Source: Gammaproteobacteria bacterium
Lineage (GTDB): Bacteria > Pseudomonadota > Gammaproteobacteria > Eutrophobiales > Eutrophobiaceae
DNA length: 64,000 bases
Reading direction: 5' to 3'
Assembly (NCBI GenBank): GCA_947480335.1
Contig: CANKCB010000002.1
Location: 30,976-94,975, forward strand
This document shows positions 28,761 through 40,389 of the stretch, piece after piece. The position numbers were made by a program, and so were the translations under genes. Position 1 is the stretch's first letter; every line of letters begins with the position of its first letter. Below the pieces are notes generated by a model. That model did not search any database. It had not been told where the DNA came from and was given only the letters and a program-made list of their open reading frames with translations.

Positions 28761-30179
28761 TTAGTCTGTGCGCAGGTTAAGTGCCAGCTGGCGTCTGTAT
28801 TTTCTGGAAAAAGAGCAGGTGGTGTAGGTCCAGGCACGTTCAATCGTATCTTCGACAGTCATTCCCGCTTTCTGTTTCAGTTTGGCCAGAAATTGTCTGG
28901 ATTGGGAGATACTGTTCCAGACCGAGGGTAGAAATGTTGCCTGACGATGACCGCTACTGATGACCAGACCATGTACGCCTGGCTCCAGTTTGTCGAGCAG
29001 ATCCTGTTCGGAACCAAATATCAGTTCCGTTTTTTCTGACAGTACGGAAATACTGATGTCCAGATTATCAAATTCTGCTTCAGTCAAGCCGGGAAAGCGT
29101 GGGTCACGAAATGCCGAACTGTAAGCATACAGGGCGGTTGCTGCGCCCAGTGCTGATCCTGGTTCAGTCGTGCCGATGCAACCACGTAGTTTGCCATTTT
29201 GCATCAGCGTAACGAATACAGCAGCGGGTGGTTGCAACTCTGCAGGCAAATGTCGCAAGTCGGGCAAATAGGCCTTGTCCTGTTTGAAACCATTTTCAAT
29301 ACTGGCTATGGCGATATCCAGCAGCAGCTGTCGTAGTGAATGGCGTATGGTTTTTCCGGGGAGCAAGGCGTAGGCACCGTAACCAACAACCCGGTCACGC
29401 TTGCCGGCTGTGTCGCCTGAATTACGCACATCCAGCACTTCCATATCCATATTTTTATCTCTGGCAATCTGTAACAGGCCATTGACCGGTCGGCATCCAC
29501 AGGCACGGTCAGATCCCAACTTATCCACTTGCAGGGATTCAATGAAATGTGATGTTTCCGTATCCAGCGACTTTGCTGTTGCATAATCGTGGTAATGACT
29601 CAAATCCGAGCTGATCACGATCAGGGTTTCCGATCCACCCCAGACATTTTGTAACAGCTCAGTAATCTGTGCGGTCTGGGTATCACCGACGATTATGGGT
29701 AACAGCGTAAACTGATCGAGCACAGATTGTAGAAACGGTAAATGAACTTCCAGACTGTGTTCGTTTGTGAATGCTTTATCAACATAATCCACAGTTGGCA
29801 GTTTTAAAACTCGTTCGCGTAATTTACGGTCAACAGGAACCAGGCCAAGTGGTGTGGCAAACTGGTCTGCATGCGATACGGCCATGCCTTGCAAATACAT
29901 GTGGTGTGCGGGTCCGAGCAAAACCACACGTTTGATTCTGTGCCTGACAGACTGTAAGGTAGCGTAAGCCGAAGCGGCAATCGCACCTGAATAGATATAT
30001 CCGGCATGAGGTGCAATCAAGGCCTTGGGTGGATCACTCTCGCAGGCTGCTTCATCCAGTAACCGGGTGACCAGTTGCTGTAACTGTTCCGGATCGGCAG
30101 GATAAAATGTTCCGGCAACAGACGGCTGTTTGATCTGGTGTGCCAGCTGCGTCAAACGTATGTCAGATAGTATGGCCAT
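28761..30179 (-). CDS. AmmeMemoRadiSam system protein B-A fusion (Memo-like N-terminal half, AMMECR1-like C-terminal half)
   Basis: 472 aa. The N-terminal half has GTFYPADPEQL, APHAGYIYSG and SSDLSHYH (Memo/dioxygenase-B like). The C-terminal half has AVFVTLMQNGKLRGCIGT (AMMECR1 signature). It is divergent from the radical SAM partner. Confidence 0.85.
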   Translation of the reverse strand: MAILSDIRLTQLAHQIKQPSVAGTFYPADPEQLQQLVTRLLDEAACESDPPKALIAPHAGYIYSGAIAASAYATLQSVRHRIKRVVLLGPAHHMYLQGMAVSHADQFATPLGLVPVDRKLRERVLKLPTVDYVDKAFTNEHSLEVHLPFLQSVLDQFTLLPIIVGDTQTAQITELLQNVWGGSETLIVISSDLSHYHDYATAKSLDTETSHFIESLQVDKLGSDRACGCRPVNGLLQIARDKNMDMEVLDVRNSGDTAGKRDRVVGYGAYALLPGKTIRHSLRQLLLDIAIASIENGFKQDKAYLPDLRHLPAELQPPAAVFVTLMQNGKLRGCIGTTEPGSALGAATALYAYSSAFRDPRFPGLTEAEFDNLDISISVLSEKTELIFGSEQDLLDKLEPGVHGLVISSGHRQATFLPSVWNSISQSRQFLAKLKQKAGMTVEDTIERAWTYTTCSFSRKYRRQLALNLRTD

Positions 30180-30232
30180 TTATTGGTACAGTAAATTTAC
30201 ATGAATCAATATAGTAACAGGGATAAAACTGG

Positions 30233-31321
30233 GTGAGTATACCGCAAGACAAACTGTCCGCATGGCCAACGCGTTACTGGCATCGGCTCGATGACGGGCG
30301 TGTCCAGTGCGATATGTGCCCACGTGCATGCAAGCTGAAAAATGGTCAGCGTGGCCTGTGTTTCGTGCGGGCCTGTGAACACGACAGTATCGTGCTTACC
30401 ACTTATGGTCGTTCCAGTGGTTTTTGTATCGATCCAATAGAAAAAAAACCACTTAATCATTTTTTACCGGGTAGTCCGGTACTGTCTTTTGGTACGGCTG
30501 GCTGTAATCTGGCCTGCAAATTTTGCCAGAACTGGGATATCAGTAAATCCAGAGAGATGGATACGCTCGCCGATGCGGCTACTCCCGAAGCGTTGGCCTT
30601 GGCCGCCGTCCGTTTGGGATGCCGATCGGTGGCCTTCACTTACAATGACCCCGTAGTATTTCATGAATATGCCATTGATGTGGCCCAGGCTTGTCATGAA
30701 CAGGGTGTGCGTACCGTGGCGGTAACAGCAGGATATGTTTGTGATGAGCCCCGGGCAGAGTTCTATCATTATATAGATGCGGCCAACGTGGATCTGAAAG
30801 CTTTTACTGAGCGTTTTTACCGGAATCTTACCGGATCGAGCCTGCAGCCGGTGTTGGAAACACTGGTTTATCTTAAACACTATACTAATGTCTGGTTCGA
30901 AATCACGACCTTATTAATACCAGGTGAAAATGACAGCGTAGCGGAAGTCGAGCAAATGACGACATGGATAGCCGAAAACCTCGGACTGGAGGTCCCTTTG
31001 CATTTCACCGCATTTCATCCCGATTGGAAAATGCGGGATATTGCAGCTACTCCACCGGCAACCCTTACCCGAGCCAGGCAGATAGCGTTGAAAAATGGTC
31101 TGAAATTCGTCTATACCGGCAATGTACATGATCCGGCAGGGGGAACGACCCATTGCCCGACATGTGGAACTGCCGTCATCGTACGGGATTGGTATGAATT
31201 AACTAGCTGGAAACTGACAGAAAATGGTGACTGCCTTGTATGTGGGGCCATCTGTCCCGGGGTGTTTGACCAGAGCCCTTCAGACTGGGGACGCAAGCGG
31301 ATTCCGGTCCGGTTGGCATAA
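30233..31321 (+). CDS. AmmeMemoRadiSam system radical SAM enzyme
   Basis: 362 aa with a GTG start. It has the CxxxCxxC cluster GCNLACKFCQNW and C-terminal Cys pairs (HCPTCG...CLVCG). Confidence 0.88.
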   Translation: MSIPQDKLSAWPTRYWHRLDDGRVQCDMCPRACKLKNGQRGLCFVRACEHDSIVLTTYGRSSGFCIDPIEKKPLNHFLPGSPVLSFGTAGCNLACKFCQNWDISKSREMDTLADAATPEALALAAVRLGCRSVAFTYNDPVVFHEYAIDVAQACHEQGVRTVAVTAGYVCDEPRAEFYHYIDAANVDLKAFTERFYRNLTGSSLQPVLETLVYLKHYTNVWFEITTLLIPGENDSVAEVEQMTTWIAENLGLEVPLHFTAFHPDWKMRDIAATPPATLTRARQIALKNGLKFVYTGNVHDPAGGTTHCPTCGTAVIVRDWYELTSWKLTENGDCLVCGAICPGVFDQSPSDWGRKRIPVRLA

Positions 31322-31356
31322 AGTATTGAATTTAAATCTAAATACGCCATGTTTCC

Positions 31357-31385
31357 TTGAAATTGATTGTTATTCACTGTAGTAT
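31357..31385 (+). promoter_or_regulatory. candidate tRNA-fMet/nusA operon promoter, TTGAAA-17 nt-TAGTAT
   Basis: The -35 is TTGAAA (31357-31362) and the -10 is TAGTAT (31380-31385). A GC-rich discriminator (GCTCCACC) follows, and the tRNA starts at 31399. Confidence 0.5.
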
Positions 31386-31398
31386 GCTCCACCTCAAT

Positions 31399-31475
<77 letters not shown>

Positions 31476-31486
31476 GTTTTATGACG

Positions 31487-31513
31487 AGGCCCCGGTAATA
31501 CGGGGCTTTTTTG
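31487..31513 (+). terminator. hairpin plus T-tract after the tRNA (attenuating terminator)
   Basis: GGCCCCG-gtaata-CGGGGC followed by TTTTTT. Confidence 0.7.
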
Positions 31514-31640
31514 TTCATGGAATACTGTATTTTGAGCGAATTTGGTTTGGCAGGATGAATAAACTCTGGCTATACTGGACGGAAGTTTTACGATAATTTT
31601 CTGAAAAGTGGGCCTTGAGCCCATTTTTTGTTTTTGGCGC

Positions 31641-32132
31641 ATGTATAAACAGAATAGAAAAATTGTAGGGCTAATTGAACCCGTGGTGACTGCCATGGGC
31701 TATGTGCTATGGGGTGTGGAACACCTGAAACAGGGAAGACACTCTCTGCTACGTATATATATAGACAAACCTGACGGTATTACCCTGTCAGATTGTGAAA
31801 CAGTCAGCCGTCAGGTAACTGGTGTGCTGGATGTGGAAGACCCTATTCAGGGTACGTATAACCTGGAAGTGTCGTCACCCGGTCTGGACAGGCCGATGTT
31901 TACCCTGATGCAATTTGACCAGTTTGTTGGCAATAACGTGAAAATAAACCTGTCAGCAAAACTGGATGGCAGAAGGAAATTATCGGGAAAAATTACTGGA
32001 ACAGGTGACAATTGCCTGATACTGCTAGAGGATGACGGTAAGGAGTACAAGGTGCCGGAAGATTCCATTGAGCACGCCAGGATAGTTCCCGAAATACTCA
32101 TTAATATAGGTAACAAGAGAGAGAATGGATGA
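31641..32132 (+). CDS. rimP: ribosome maturation factor RimP
   Basis: ATG 31641 is preferred over the track GTG 31608. Motifs: [24 protein letters not shown] and [13 protein letters not shown]. Confidence 0.9.
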   Translation: MYKQNRKIVGLIEPVVTAMGYVLWGVEHLKQGRHSLLRIYIDKPDGITLSDCETVSRQVTGVLDVEDPIQGTYNLEVSSPGLDRPMFTLMQFDQFVGNNVKINLSAKLDGRRKLSGKITGTGDNCLILLEDDGKEYKVPEDSIEHARIVPEILINIGNKRENG

Positions 32133-33646
32133 ATAAGGAAATCTTGATGGTTGTAGACGTGGTCTCCAACGAGAAAGGCGTGGCTAAGGAGATTATTTTC
32201 CAGGCTATCGAAGCGGCTCTGGCGAGCGCAACCAAAAAACGTCACCGTGAAGACATCGAGTCCAGGGTCTCTATTGACCGTGATACCGGAGATTATGAAA
32301 CGTTTCGTCAGTGGGAAGTGTTACCGGATGAAACTGAAACAGTTGAGTTTCCGACGCGCCAGATAAAACTCTCGGACGCCCTGGAAAAAAATCCTGCGCT
32401 GAAAGTCGGGGAGCTTCTTGAAGAACCAATGCCCTCTGTCGAGTTCGGGCGCATTGCAGCACAAACCGCCAAACAGGTGATCGTGCAGAAAGTTCGTGAA
32501 GCGGAACGTAACCAGGTGGTTGATGCTTACAAGAACCGTGTCGGTGAAATGGTGGGCGGTATCGTCAAGCGAGTGGAGCGAGGTAGCATCCTTATCGATC
32601 TTGGAAACAATGCCGAAGCCATTATTACTCGTGAAGAAATGATTCCGCGTGAAGCGGTGCGTCCGGGTGACCGAGTGCGTGCCTATCTGAAAGAAGTGCG
32701 ATCAGAAATCCGTGGGCCACAGTTGTTTTTAAGTCGGACCGCACCGGAACTGCTGGTGGAACTGTTTAAAATCGAAGTGCCTGAAATCAATGAAGGTATG
32801 ATTTCTATCATCAGCGGTGCCAGGGATCCCGGATCTCGTGCGAAGATTGCCGTCAAGGCGAATGATCCACGTATTGATCCGATTGGCGCCTGTGTTGGTA
32901 TGCGCGGTTCGCGTGTACAGGCCGTATCTAATGAGCTCGGTGGTGAACGTGTAGATATCATTCTCTGGGATGAAAACCCGGCACAGTTTGTCATCAATGC
33001 AATGGCACCAGCAGAAGTGGCATCAATTCTGGTTGATGAAGATTCACACAGTATGGAAGTGGCTGTTGCGGAAGAAAATCTGTCCCAGGCGATTGGTCGT
33101 GGTGGACAGAATGTACGTCTTGCCAGTGAGCTGACGGGATGGGAACTGAATGTTATGTCAGTCCAGCAGGCCGATGCGAAGAGTGAGGTGGAATCACAGG
33201 AACTGGCCAAGCTGTTTATGGACCATCTGGGTGTCGACGAAGAAGTCGCCAATATTCTGGTACAGGAAGGCTTTTCCAGTATTGAGGAAGTGGCCTACGT
33301 ACCGGAAAGTGAAATGGCCAATATTGAGGAATTTGACGAAAGCCTCGTCAAGGAAATGCGTGATCGTGCGCGAGATGTGATGTTAACCCGAGCCATCGTC
33401 AAGGAAGAAAAACTTTCAGACGTCCGTCCTGCGGATGATTTACTGAAGATGGACGGTATGGATGAATCACTTGCCTATGAACTGGCAGGTCGTGGTGTGG
33501 TGACAATGGAAGATCTGGCCGAGCAATCAATTGACGAATTGCTTGAAATTGAAGGAATGGATAGGGAGAAGGCAGGTAAGTTAATTATGACCGCACGTAT
33601 TCCCTGGTTTGCAGCCGAGGAAAACAGTGCCGGTGGGGGGGCATAA
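32129..33646 (+). CDS. nusA: transcription termination/antitermination factor NusA
   Basis: 505 aa with S1, KH1 and KH2 domains ([26 protein letters not shown]) and two C-terminal acidic repeats. Confidence 0.97.
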   Translation: MNKEILMVVDVVSNEKGVAKEIIFQAIEAALASATKKRHREDIESRVSIDRDTGDYETFRQWEVLPDETETVEFPTRQIKLSDALEKNPALKVGELLEEPMPSVEFGRIAAQTAKQVIVQKVREAERNQVVDAYKNRVGEMVGGIVKRVERGSILIDLGNNAEAIITREEMIPREAVRPGDRVRAYLKEVRSEIRGPQLFLSRTAPELLVELFKIEVPEINEGMISIISGARDPGSRAKIAVKANDPRIDPIGACVGMRGSRVQAVSNELGGERVDIILWDENPAQFVINAMAPAEVASILVDEDSHSMEVAVAEENLSQAIGRGGQNVRLASELTGWELNVMSVQQADAKSEVESQELAKLFMDHLGVDEEVANILVQEGFSSIEEVAYVPESEMANIEEFDESLVKEMRDRARDVMLTRAIVKEEKLSDVRPADDLLKMDGMDESLAYELAGRGVVTMEDLAEQSIDELLEIEGMDREKAGKLIMTARIPWFAAEENSAGGGA

Positions 33647-36142
33647 ATGGCCGAAGTTACTGTACGCCAGTATGCTGATGTCATCGGAATTCCGGTTGAC
33701 CGTTTGCTTGAACAGTTACTTGAAGCGGGGATACCCGGCAAGTCTGAATTGGATGTCATAACCGATCCTGAAAAATCGGAATTGCTCGGATTTCTGCGCC
33801 GAAAACATGGCAAGGACACTGCCAGCGAACCGAAAAAAATCACGTTAAAGCGCAAGTCCGTCAGTGAAATAAAGGTGCCCGTATCTGCACCAGGCAGCCG
33901 TACCAAACAACGAGCGAAAACTGTCAGTGTTGAATATCGCACACGCAAGACCTATGCGAAACGTGGCGCGATAGAAGAGGAAGAAGAAGCCAAGCAAAAG
34001 GTTATTGATGATGCGGCAGCTCTGCTAGCTGAAGCAGAACGCTTGCAGGTAGAAGCCGCGGCGGAAAAAATCAGGCTTGAACAGGAAGCCATTGCCGCTG
34101 CTCTTGCAGCAGCCAATCCGGTTCCACCTGAACCCGCCGTGTCGTCAACTACCAAGGCATCCCCGGACACAAGCGAAAAACCTGCAACCGGCAAGCCTGC
34201 AACGCCAGAAACTGGCAGGAACAAACCCTCTGAGCCTGGCTCAGGCAAAAAACCTGAGAAGGCGTCTTACCGCAAGGAATTACATGTCGCCTCGGAAAAA
34301 TCCGGTAGACGTAAAAAGAAACCATCGAGAACCCCATCGGTAGTTAGTCGTCCATCTCAGCATGCATTTGAAATGCCGACAGCACCGATTATCCGTATCG
34401 TTGAGATTCCTGAAAGTATTACTGTGGCCGAACTGGCGCAGCGTATGTCAGTGAAGGGTACGGAAGTAGTCAAGGTAATGATGAATCTGGGTAGTATGGT
34501 CACGATCAATCAGACGATAGATCAGGAAACAGCCGCAATTGTGGTCAATGAGATGGGGCATAAGGCCACCTTGCTGAAAGAGAATGCACTGGAAGAAGAA
34601 ATCGTCCACTCTGCCGTTGAAGAAGGTGACAAGATTACCAGACCGCCTGTGGTTACTATCATGGGCCATGTAGATCATGGCAAGACTTCGTTACTGGATT
34701 ATATCCGTCGCACCAAGGTTGCCGCTGGCGAAGCCGGTGGTATAACCCAGCATATTGGTGCGTATAGCGTTAATACCGAACACGGCAAGATCACTTTCCT
34801 TGACACCCCAGGACATGAAGCTTTCACTGCTATGCGTGCACGTGGTGCGAAGGCTACAGACATCGTTGTAATTGTAATAGCAGCGGATGACGGTGTCATG
34901 CCGCAAACGGAAGAAGCGATCAAGCACGCGAAGGCCGGCAAGGTACCTATCATTGTTGCCATCAACAAGATGGACAAACCCTCTGCTGACCCGGAACGGG
35001 TCAAACAGGAATTGACCAAATTTGAAGTTATCCCTGAAGAATGGGGTGGTGATGCGATTTTTGTCAATGTCTCTGCGCAGACAGGTGCCGGTGTGGATAA
35101 GTTGCTCGACAGTATTCTGGTGCAGGCTGAAGTGATGGAACTGAAGGCGGCAGAAAAAGGTCTGGCCTCCGGCGTGGTGATTGAATCCAGGCTGGATCGT
35201 GGACGTGGCCCGGTGGCCACCATACTGGTACAAAATGGTTTGCTGAGCAAAGGCGATGTTATCCTGACCGGGCACGAGTTCGGGCGGGTACGCGCTATGT
35301 ATGATGAGAATGGCAAGGAAGTGACGGCCGTTGGTCCTTCCATGCCAGTGGAAGTACTTGGTTTATCCGGCACACCTAATGCCGGTGATGACATTGTTGT
35401 GGTACCGGACGAAAAGAAGGCACGTGAAATTGCCTTGTTCCGTCAGGGTAAATACCGCGAAGTCAAACTGGCCAAAAAGCATGCCTCGAAAATGGAAAAT
35501 GTATTGTCACAAATGGGTGAGGCTGAAGGGGCGGTATTGAACCTGTTGGTCAAGGCCGACGTACAGGGTTCCGCTGAGGCATTGGTTGACTCCTTGAAGC
35601 GGTTGTCTTCCTCTGAAGTCAAGGTAGTGATCGTCAGCAGTGGCGTTGGCGGTATAACAGAATCCGACGTCAATCTGGCCCACGCTTCAAAGGGTGTGAT
35701 TATTGGTTTCAATGTTCGGGCAGACAGCGCTTCACGCAAGCTTGCCGATGAAGAAGGCATCGAAATTCGTTACTACAGCATCATCTATGATGTAATCGAT
35801 GATGTGAAAAAAGCGATCAGCGGTTTGCTGGCTCCGGAAGTACGCGAACAGATTGTTGGTATCGCCGAGGTTAAGGAAGTATTCAAGTCGCCGAAGCTGG
35901 GAGATATCGCTGGTTGTATCGTTACCTCCGGTGTGGTGCGACGTAGTAATCCAATTCGTGTATTGCGCGATAATATTGTTATCTATGAAGGTGAACTTGA
36001 ATCCTTGCGCCGTTTTAAGGACGATGTGAACGAAGTCAGATCCGGTACTGAGTGTGGTATTGGCGTGAAGAACTACAATGAAATCAAAATCGGGGATCAG
36101 ATCGAAGTATTTGAGCGTGTCACGATTGCACGCACAATCTGA
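33647..36142 (+). CDS. infB: translation initiation factor IF-2
   Basis: 831 aa. The G domain shows [22 protein letters not shown] and NKMD. The N-terminal region is low-complexity. Confidence 0.97.
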   Translation: MAEVTVRQYADVIGIPVDRLLEQLLEAGIPGKSELDVITDPEKSELLGFLRRKHGKDTASEPKKITLKRKSVSEIKVPVSAPGSRTKQRAKTVSVEYRTRKTYAKRGAIEEEEEAKQKVIDDAAALLAEAERLQVEAAAEKIRLEQEAIAAALAAANPVPPEPAVSSTTKASPDTSEKPATGKPATPETGRNKPSEPGSGKKPEKASYRKELHVASEKSGRRKKKPSRTPSVVSRPSQHAFEMPTAPIIRIVEIPESITVAELAQRMSVKGTEVVKVMMNLGSMVTINQTIDQETAAIVVNEMGHKATLLKENALEEEIVHSAVEEGDKITRPPVVTIMGHVDHGKTSLLDYIRRTKVAAGEAGGITQHIGAYSVNTEHGKITFLDTPGHEAFTAMRARGAKATDIVVIVIAADDGVMPQTEEAIKHAKAGKVPIIVAINKMDKPSADPERVKQELTKFEVIPEEWGGDAIFVNVSAQTGAGVDKLLDSILVQAEVMELKAAEKGLASGVVIESRLDRGRGPVATILVQNGLLSKGDVILTGHEFGRVRAMYDENGKEVTAVGPSMPVEVLGLSGTPNAGDDIVVVPDEKKAREIALFRQGKYREVKLAKKHASKMENVLSQMGEAEGAVLNLLVKADVQGSAEALVDSLKRLSSSEVKVVIVSSGVGGITESDVNLAHASKGVIIGFNVRADSASRKLADEEGIEIRYYSIIYDVIDDVKKAISGLLAPEVREQIVGIAEVKEVFKSPKLGDIAGCIVTSGVVRRSNPIRVLRDNIVIYEGELESLRRFKDDVNEVRSGTECGIGVKNYNEIKIGDQIEVFERVTIARTI

Positions 36143-36324
36143 TAACTGTCATATTGGGTCCGGTTTTGCCAGGCACTAACGAGGCATGCGGTTAAACATG
36201 GTTACTGCATTACAGGCCTGGTTACGAGTACTGAGGATAAATCACAGCTCAGTGGTCGATTCAGGCTGTACAGTTTTCGCCTGCAATCACGATCAACCCG
36301 TTTTGACGTGGGAGAGTAGAGCCA

Positions 36325-36687
36325 GTGCCTAGAGAATTCGGACGTAACAAGCGGGTTGCTGATCTGGTGCAACGTGATCTGGCGGTGATGATCCAGCGTG
36401 AACAAGGCACTCCAGGTTTATCGTTGGTGACGATTTCCTCTGTTGATTTGAGCCCAGATTTGCAGAATGCGAAAGTATTTGTGACGAGCCTGGGTACCGA
36501 TACCGGCAAGGAAGAAATTGTGGCCATTCTGAATACGCTCGCCGGTCATTTCCGGCATTTGTTATCAAAAAAACTGACCATGCGTACCGTACCACGTCTG
36601 CTGTTTGTTTATGACTACTCCGTTGAGCGTGGCACGTATCTGTCTGCCCTTATCGATTCGGTCACCAGAGACAAGTCGGAAAAATAA
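36325..36687 (+). CDS. rbfA: ribosome-binding factor A
   Basis: 120 aa with a GTG start after a GGAGAG RBS. Begins PREFGRNKRVADLVQRDLAVMIQRE. Confidence 0.93.
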   Translation: MPREFGRNKRVADLVQRDLAVMIQREQGTPGLSLVTISSVDLSPDLQNAKVFVTSLGTDTGKEEIVAILNTLAGHFRHLLSKKLTMRTVPRLLFVYDYSVERGTYLSALIDSVTRDKSEK

Positions 36688-36709
36688 ACCCCATTTTGTA
36701 CAGACAGCT

Positions 36710-37639
36710 ATGAACGGCAGACCAGCCAAAAAAATCTATCGTGAAATGGATGGTATCCTGTTACTGGATAAACCCGCCGGAATTACCTCGAATGATGCCT
36801 TGCAGGTGAGCAAAAGAATGTATAACGCTGCCAAGGCGGGACACACAGGCAGCCTGGACAAGCCTGCGACCGGGATGTTACCCCTTTGCTTTGGCGAGGC
36901 GACCAAGTTCACCTCCTATCTACTCAATGCAGATAAACATTATCTGGCGCGTTGTCAGCTGGGTGCGGAAACGACTACCGGGGATGCCGAGGGTGAAATC
37001 ATTTCCACCCGGGATGTGCCCCAAAGCCTTACTGCGGCAGACATCGTTCGGGTCATGCAGCAGTTTCTCGGCGATATTGAACAGGTGCCGCCAATGCATT
37101 CGGCGCTGAAGCACAAGGGACAGCGACTCTATAAACTGGCTTACCAGGGTATCGAAGTTGAACGCGAAGCGCGCACCGTAACGATCTACGATTTACAGCT
37201 GCTTGATTATGCAAATGGGCAATTTGGTATGCAGGTACATTGCTCAAAAGGTACTTATATCCGTACGTTGGCCGAAGATATAGGCAAGGCGCTCGGTTGT
37301 GGCGCGCATATCATCAGTCTCAGACGTACCGCCGTTGGACCCTTCCACCAGGGGATGGTCAGTCTGGACAATCTGGCCAGGATGGCAGAACAAGGGTTTG
37401 AAGCACTCGATAGCCTGTTGCTACCGGTAGATGCCGTTATTCAGGATTTGCCCGAAATCTGTTTAAGTGCCGTTGTTTCCCGTTATATTGGACAGGGACA
37501 GCCGGTCATGGTCCCGCAGGCACCTACCGAGGGGATGTTACGAATATACGACGAAAACCACCGGTTTCTTGGTGTGGGGGAGGTGCTGGATGATGGCCGA
37601 ATCGCACCCAGAAGACTGGTCAATACCCGATCGGAGTGA
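36710..37639 (+). CDS. truB: tRNA pseudouridine55 synthase TruB
   Basis: ATG 36710 is preferred (the track ORF starts at 36605 inside rbfA). Motifs: GILLLDKPAGITSND, GHTGSLDKPATGMLPL. Confidence 0.93.
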   Translation: MNGRPAKKIYREMDGILLLDKPAGITSNDALQVSKRMYNAAKAGHTGSLDKPATGMLPLCFGEATKFTSYLLNADKHYLARCQLGAETTTGDAEGEIISTRDVPQSLTAADIVRVMQQFLGDIEQVPPMHSALKHKGQRLYKLAYQGIEVEREARTVTIYDLQLLDYANGQFGMQVHCSKGTYIRTLAEDIGKALGCGAHIISLRRTAVGPFHQGMVSLDNLARMAEQGFEALDSLLLPVDAVIQDLPEICLSAVVSRYIGQGQPVMVPQAPTEGMLRIYDENHRFLGVGEVLDDGRIAPRRLVNTRSE

Positions 37640-37671
37640 TAAAAAGGGACAGTAAATGATCATGAATTACC

Positions 37672-37700
37672 TTGTCCGCGTCTGATCACATAGGTACAAT
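37672..37700 (+). promoter_or_regulatory. candidate rpsO promoter, TTGTCC-17 nt-TACAAT
   Basis: The -35 is at 37672-37677 and the -10 at 37695-37700, with 17-nt spacing, about 40 nt before the rpsO ATG. Confidence 0.45.
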
Positions 37701-37740
37701 ACGCGCCGTTTATAAAGGCAGAATTCAGGAGCAATATTCG

Positions 37741-38010
37741 ATGGCATTAAATCAGCAAAAGAAAGCTGAAGTTATGAAAGATTATCAGCTAAAGGTAGAC
37801 GACACTGGCTCACCCGAAGTACAGGTGGCGTTATTGACCGCGAAAATTACTGATCTATCAGAACATTTCAAGATTCACCAGAACGACAACCATTCACGTC
37901 AAGGGCTGCTAAGATTGGTCAATCATCGGCGCAAGCTGCTGGACTATCTGCGCAACACGGATCTGAACCGCTACCGCGACCTGATTGGTCGGCTCGGTCT
38001 GCGCAAGTAA
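37741..38010 (+). CDS. rpsO: 30S ribosomal protein S15
   Basis: 89 codons from ATG 37741: [16 protein letters not shown]...[11 protein letters not shown]...[10 protein letters not shown]. Confidence 0.96.
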   Translation: MALNQQKKAEVMKDYQLKVDDTGSPEVQVALLTAKITDLSEHFKIHQNDNHSRQGLLRLVNHRRKLLDYLRNTDLNRYRDLIGRLGLRK

Positions 38011-38037
38011 TACCTGATACAAGCATGGTTTTCTCTG

Positions 38038-38080
38038 GAGCGGAAGCATGAAGTTTTGCTTCGTACTCTCTATTTGTTTG
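38038..38080 (+). terminator. rpsO terminator / pnp leader hairpin
   Basis: GAG-cg-GAAGCA-tgaagttt-TGCTTC-gta-CTC followed by the T-rich TCTATTTGTTTGT. The position matches the known rpsO-pnp intergenic hairpin of enterobacteria. Confidence 0.45.
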
Positions 38081-38143
38081 TCCCTCGTTTGTTTGTCGCA
38101 GTAACAATAACTTTAAATTTCAAGATAATATTGGGGAATTGAT

Positions 38144-40240
38144 ATGAGCAAGGTCACCAAAGAATTTCAATATGGCGACAAGACTATCGTCCTGGAAACC
38201 GGGAGAATAGCCAGACAGGCTTCGGGTGCCGTAATAGTCAGTATGGGTGAGACAGTGGTCATGGTCACCTGTGTGGCGGCCAAAGATGCAAAGGCAGATC
38301 GTGATTTTTTCCCGTTGACGGTCGATTATCAGGAAAAAACCTATGCCGCCGGCAAGATTCCGGGTGGTTTCTTCAAACGTGAAGGCAGACCTACCGAAAA
38401 GGAAATTTTGACCTCACGCCTGATTGATCGCCCCATACGTCCGCTGTTCCCCAAGGAATTCAAGAACGAAGTACAAATCGTCGCTAACGTCCTGTCACTG
38501 GATCCTCAGATTGATGCCGATATTCCGGCCATGATCGGGGCCTCAGCCGCCGTTGTGCTATCTGGCGTACCATTTAATGGCCCGATTGGTGCCGCCCGTG
38601 TCGGTTACAAGGACGGCAAATACCTGTTAAATCCGGGCAGCAATGAGCTGGCCGGTTCCGCACTGGAACTGGTAGTCGCGGGTACCAAATCCTCCGTGCT
38701 GATGGTTGAATCAGAAGCCAGACAGTTGTCTGAAGAAATCATGCTGGGTGCCGTCGTATTCGGACATGAGCAGATGCAGGTGGTTATAGACAATATCATG
38801 GCGTTTGCCAAGGAAGCGAAGGTCAAGTCCTGGGACTGGAAAGCACCGGTCAAGGACACGGATCTGGAAAAGGAAGTGGCAAAAAGGTGCTCCGATTTAC
38901 TGCATGAAGCCTATTCGATTACCGACAAGTTAAGCCGACGTGAGCGTATCGGTGAAATCAGCAGTGAGGCGATTACCGCCATTTTGCAGGCAAACCCGGA
39001 ACGCTGGATCGAAGGACAAATCTCACAAATGATAGAACAGCTGGAAAGTTCAATCGTACGTGGCGGCATCATTGCCGGTGAGCCCAGAATTGATGGTCGT
39101 GATCCTAAAAATATTCGCGATATCACAGTTGAAGTAGGTGTATTGCCCAGAACGCACGGTTCAGCTCTGTTTACTCGTGGCGAAACCCAGGCGCTGGTAA
39201 TCACCACGCTGGGCACAGACCGCGATGCACAGATCATTGATGCGCTCGAAGGTGAGTACAAGGAAAAATTCATGTTCCATTACAATTTCCCGCCGTTTTG
39301 CGTCGGTGAAGTTGGCCGCATGGCTGGCCCGAAACGTCGTGAAATCGGTCATGGTCGACTTGCCAAGCGCGGTGTGATGGCGGTTCTGCCGGATATGGAA
39401 AAATATCCGTACTCCATCCGTATTGTGTCTGAAATCACCGAATCCAACGGTTCCAGTTCAATGGCCTCAGTCTGCGGTAGCAGTCTGTCGCTGATGGATG
39501 CCGGTGTACCGATCGAAGCACCGGTGGCGGGTATAGCCATGGGTCTGATCAAGGAAGGTGATAAGTTTGTTGTGTTGTCCGATATCATGGGTGATGAAGA
39601 TCATCTGGGCGATATGGACTTCAAGGTAGCAGGTACGGAAAAAGGTATCAGCGCATTGCAGATGGACATCAAGATTGACGGTATCACAAAAGAAATCATG
39701 CAGGTGGCTCTTGCTCAGGCGAAAGAAGGCCGCATGCATATTCTGGGTAAGATGCAGGCAGCGATTACCACACCACGTCAGGAAATGTCTGAATATGCAC
39801 CACGTATCACTATTATTCGTATTAATCCGGACAAGATTCGTGATGTCATCGGCAAGGGCGGAGCGGTGATTCGTGCGCTGACCGAGGAAACCGGTACCAC
39901 GATTGATATTGATGATGAAGGTACAGTTAAAATCTACTCGAATGACAAGACCGCCAGCGATGCAGCACGTGCCCGAATCGAAGCCTTAACAGCCGATATT
40001 GAAGTAGGCAAGATCTACGAAGGCCGTGTTGCGAAGATTATGGACTTTGGTGCGTTTGTAAACGTATTGCCTGGCAAGGATGGACTGGTCCATATCTCTC
40101 AAATATCGGAAGAACGCGTAGAGAACGTTTCTGACAAGTTGTCCGAAGGGGATATGGTCAAGGTCAAGGTGCTGGAAATTGACCGTCAGGGCAGGGTTCG
40201 TCTGAGCATGAAAGCTGTGAATGAGGAAGGCGACGCCTGA
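38144..40240 (+). CDS. pnp: polyribonucleotide nucleotidyltransferase (PNPase)
   Basis: 698 aa with two RNase PH domains ([22 protein letters not shown]; [11 protein letters not shown]), then KH and S1 domains at the C-terminus. Confidence 0.97.
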   Translation: MSKVTKEFQYGDKTIVLETGRIARQASGAVIVSMGETVVMVTCVAAKDAKADRDFFPLTVDYQEKTYAAGKIPGGFFKREGRPTEKEILTSRLIDRPIRPLFPKEFKNEVQIVANVLSLDPQIDADIPAMIGASAAVVLSGVPFNGPIGAARVGYKDGKYLLNPGSNELAGSALELVVAGTKSSVLMVESEARQLSEEIMLGAVVFGHEQMQVVIDNIMAFAKEAKVKSWDWKAPVKDTDLEKEVAKRCSDLLHEAYSITDKLSRRERIGEISSEAITAILQANPERWIEGQISQMIEQLESSIVRGGIIAGEPRIDGRDPKNIRDITVEVGVLPRTHGSALFTRGETQALVITTLGTDRDAQIIDALEGEYKEKFMFHYNFPPFCVGEVGRMAGPKRREIGHGRLAKRGVMAVLPDMEKYPYSIRIVSEITESNGSSSMASVCGSSLSLMDAGVPIEAPVAGIAMGLIKEGDKFVVLSDIMGDEDHLGDMDFKVAGTEKGISALQMDIKIDGITKEIMQVALAQAKEGRMHILGKMQAAITTPRQEMSEYAPRITIIRINPDKIRDVIGKGGAVIRALTEETGTTIDIDDEGTVKIYSNDKTASDAARARIEALTADIEVGKIYEGRVAKIMDFGAFVNVLPGKDGLVHISQISEERVENVSDKLSEGDMVKVKVLEIDRQGRVRLSMKAVNEEGDA

Positions 40241-40265
40241 TCCTGTCGTTCTAACAGGATTATAA

Positions 40266-40290
40266 AAGGGGCGCTAAGCCCCTTTTTTAT
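40266..40290 (+). terminator. rho-independent terminator after pnp
   Basis: GGGGC-gctaa-GCCCC followed by TTTTTT. Confidence 0.8.
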
Positions 40291-40389
40291 TTGTGGAGAC
40301 CAAGCATCCTGGTCAGCTTTTGCAGGTAGTGGAAGTGAAATAAATCCAGCTTTAGGGTACGATTCAGGTTTTATAGCCAGTAGCAAGAG

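Noticed and set aside
32683-35394. Several long minus-strand ORFs (189, 157, 98, 194, 231 aa) across nusA and infB
   Set aside because: They are antisense to highly conserved genes and have low-complexity Ser/Ala/Pro-rich translations.
36143-36324. 182-bp infB-rbfA spacer as a hidden feature
   Set aside because: I found no ORF with an RBS, no repeat and no strong hairpin. The minus-strand track ORFs there are short and featureless. It is probably just an operon-internal spacer or processing region.
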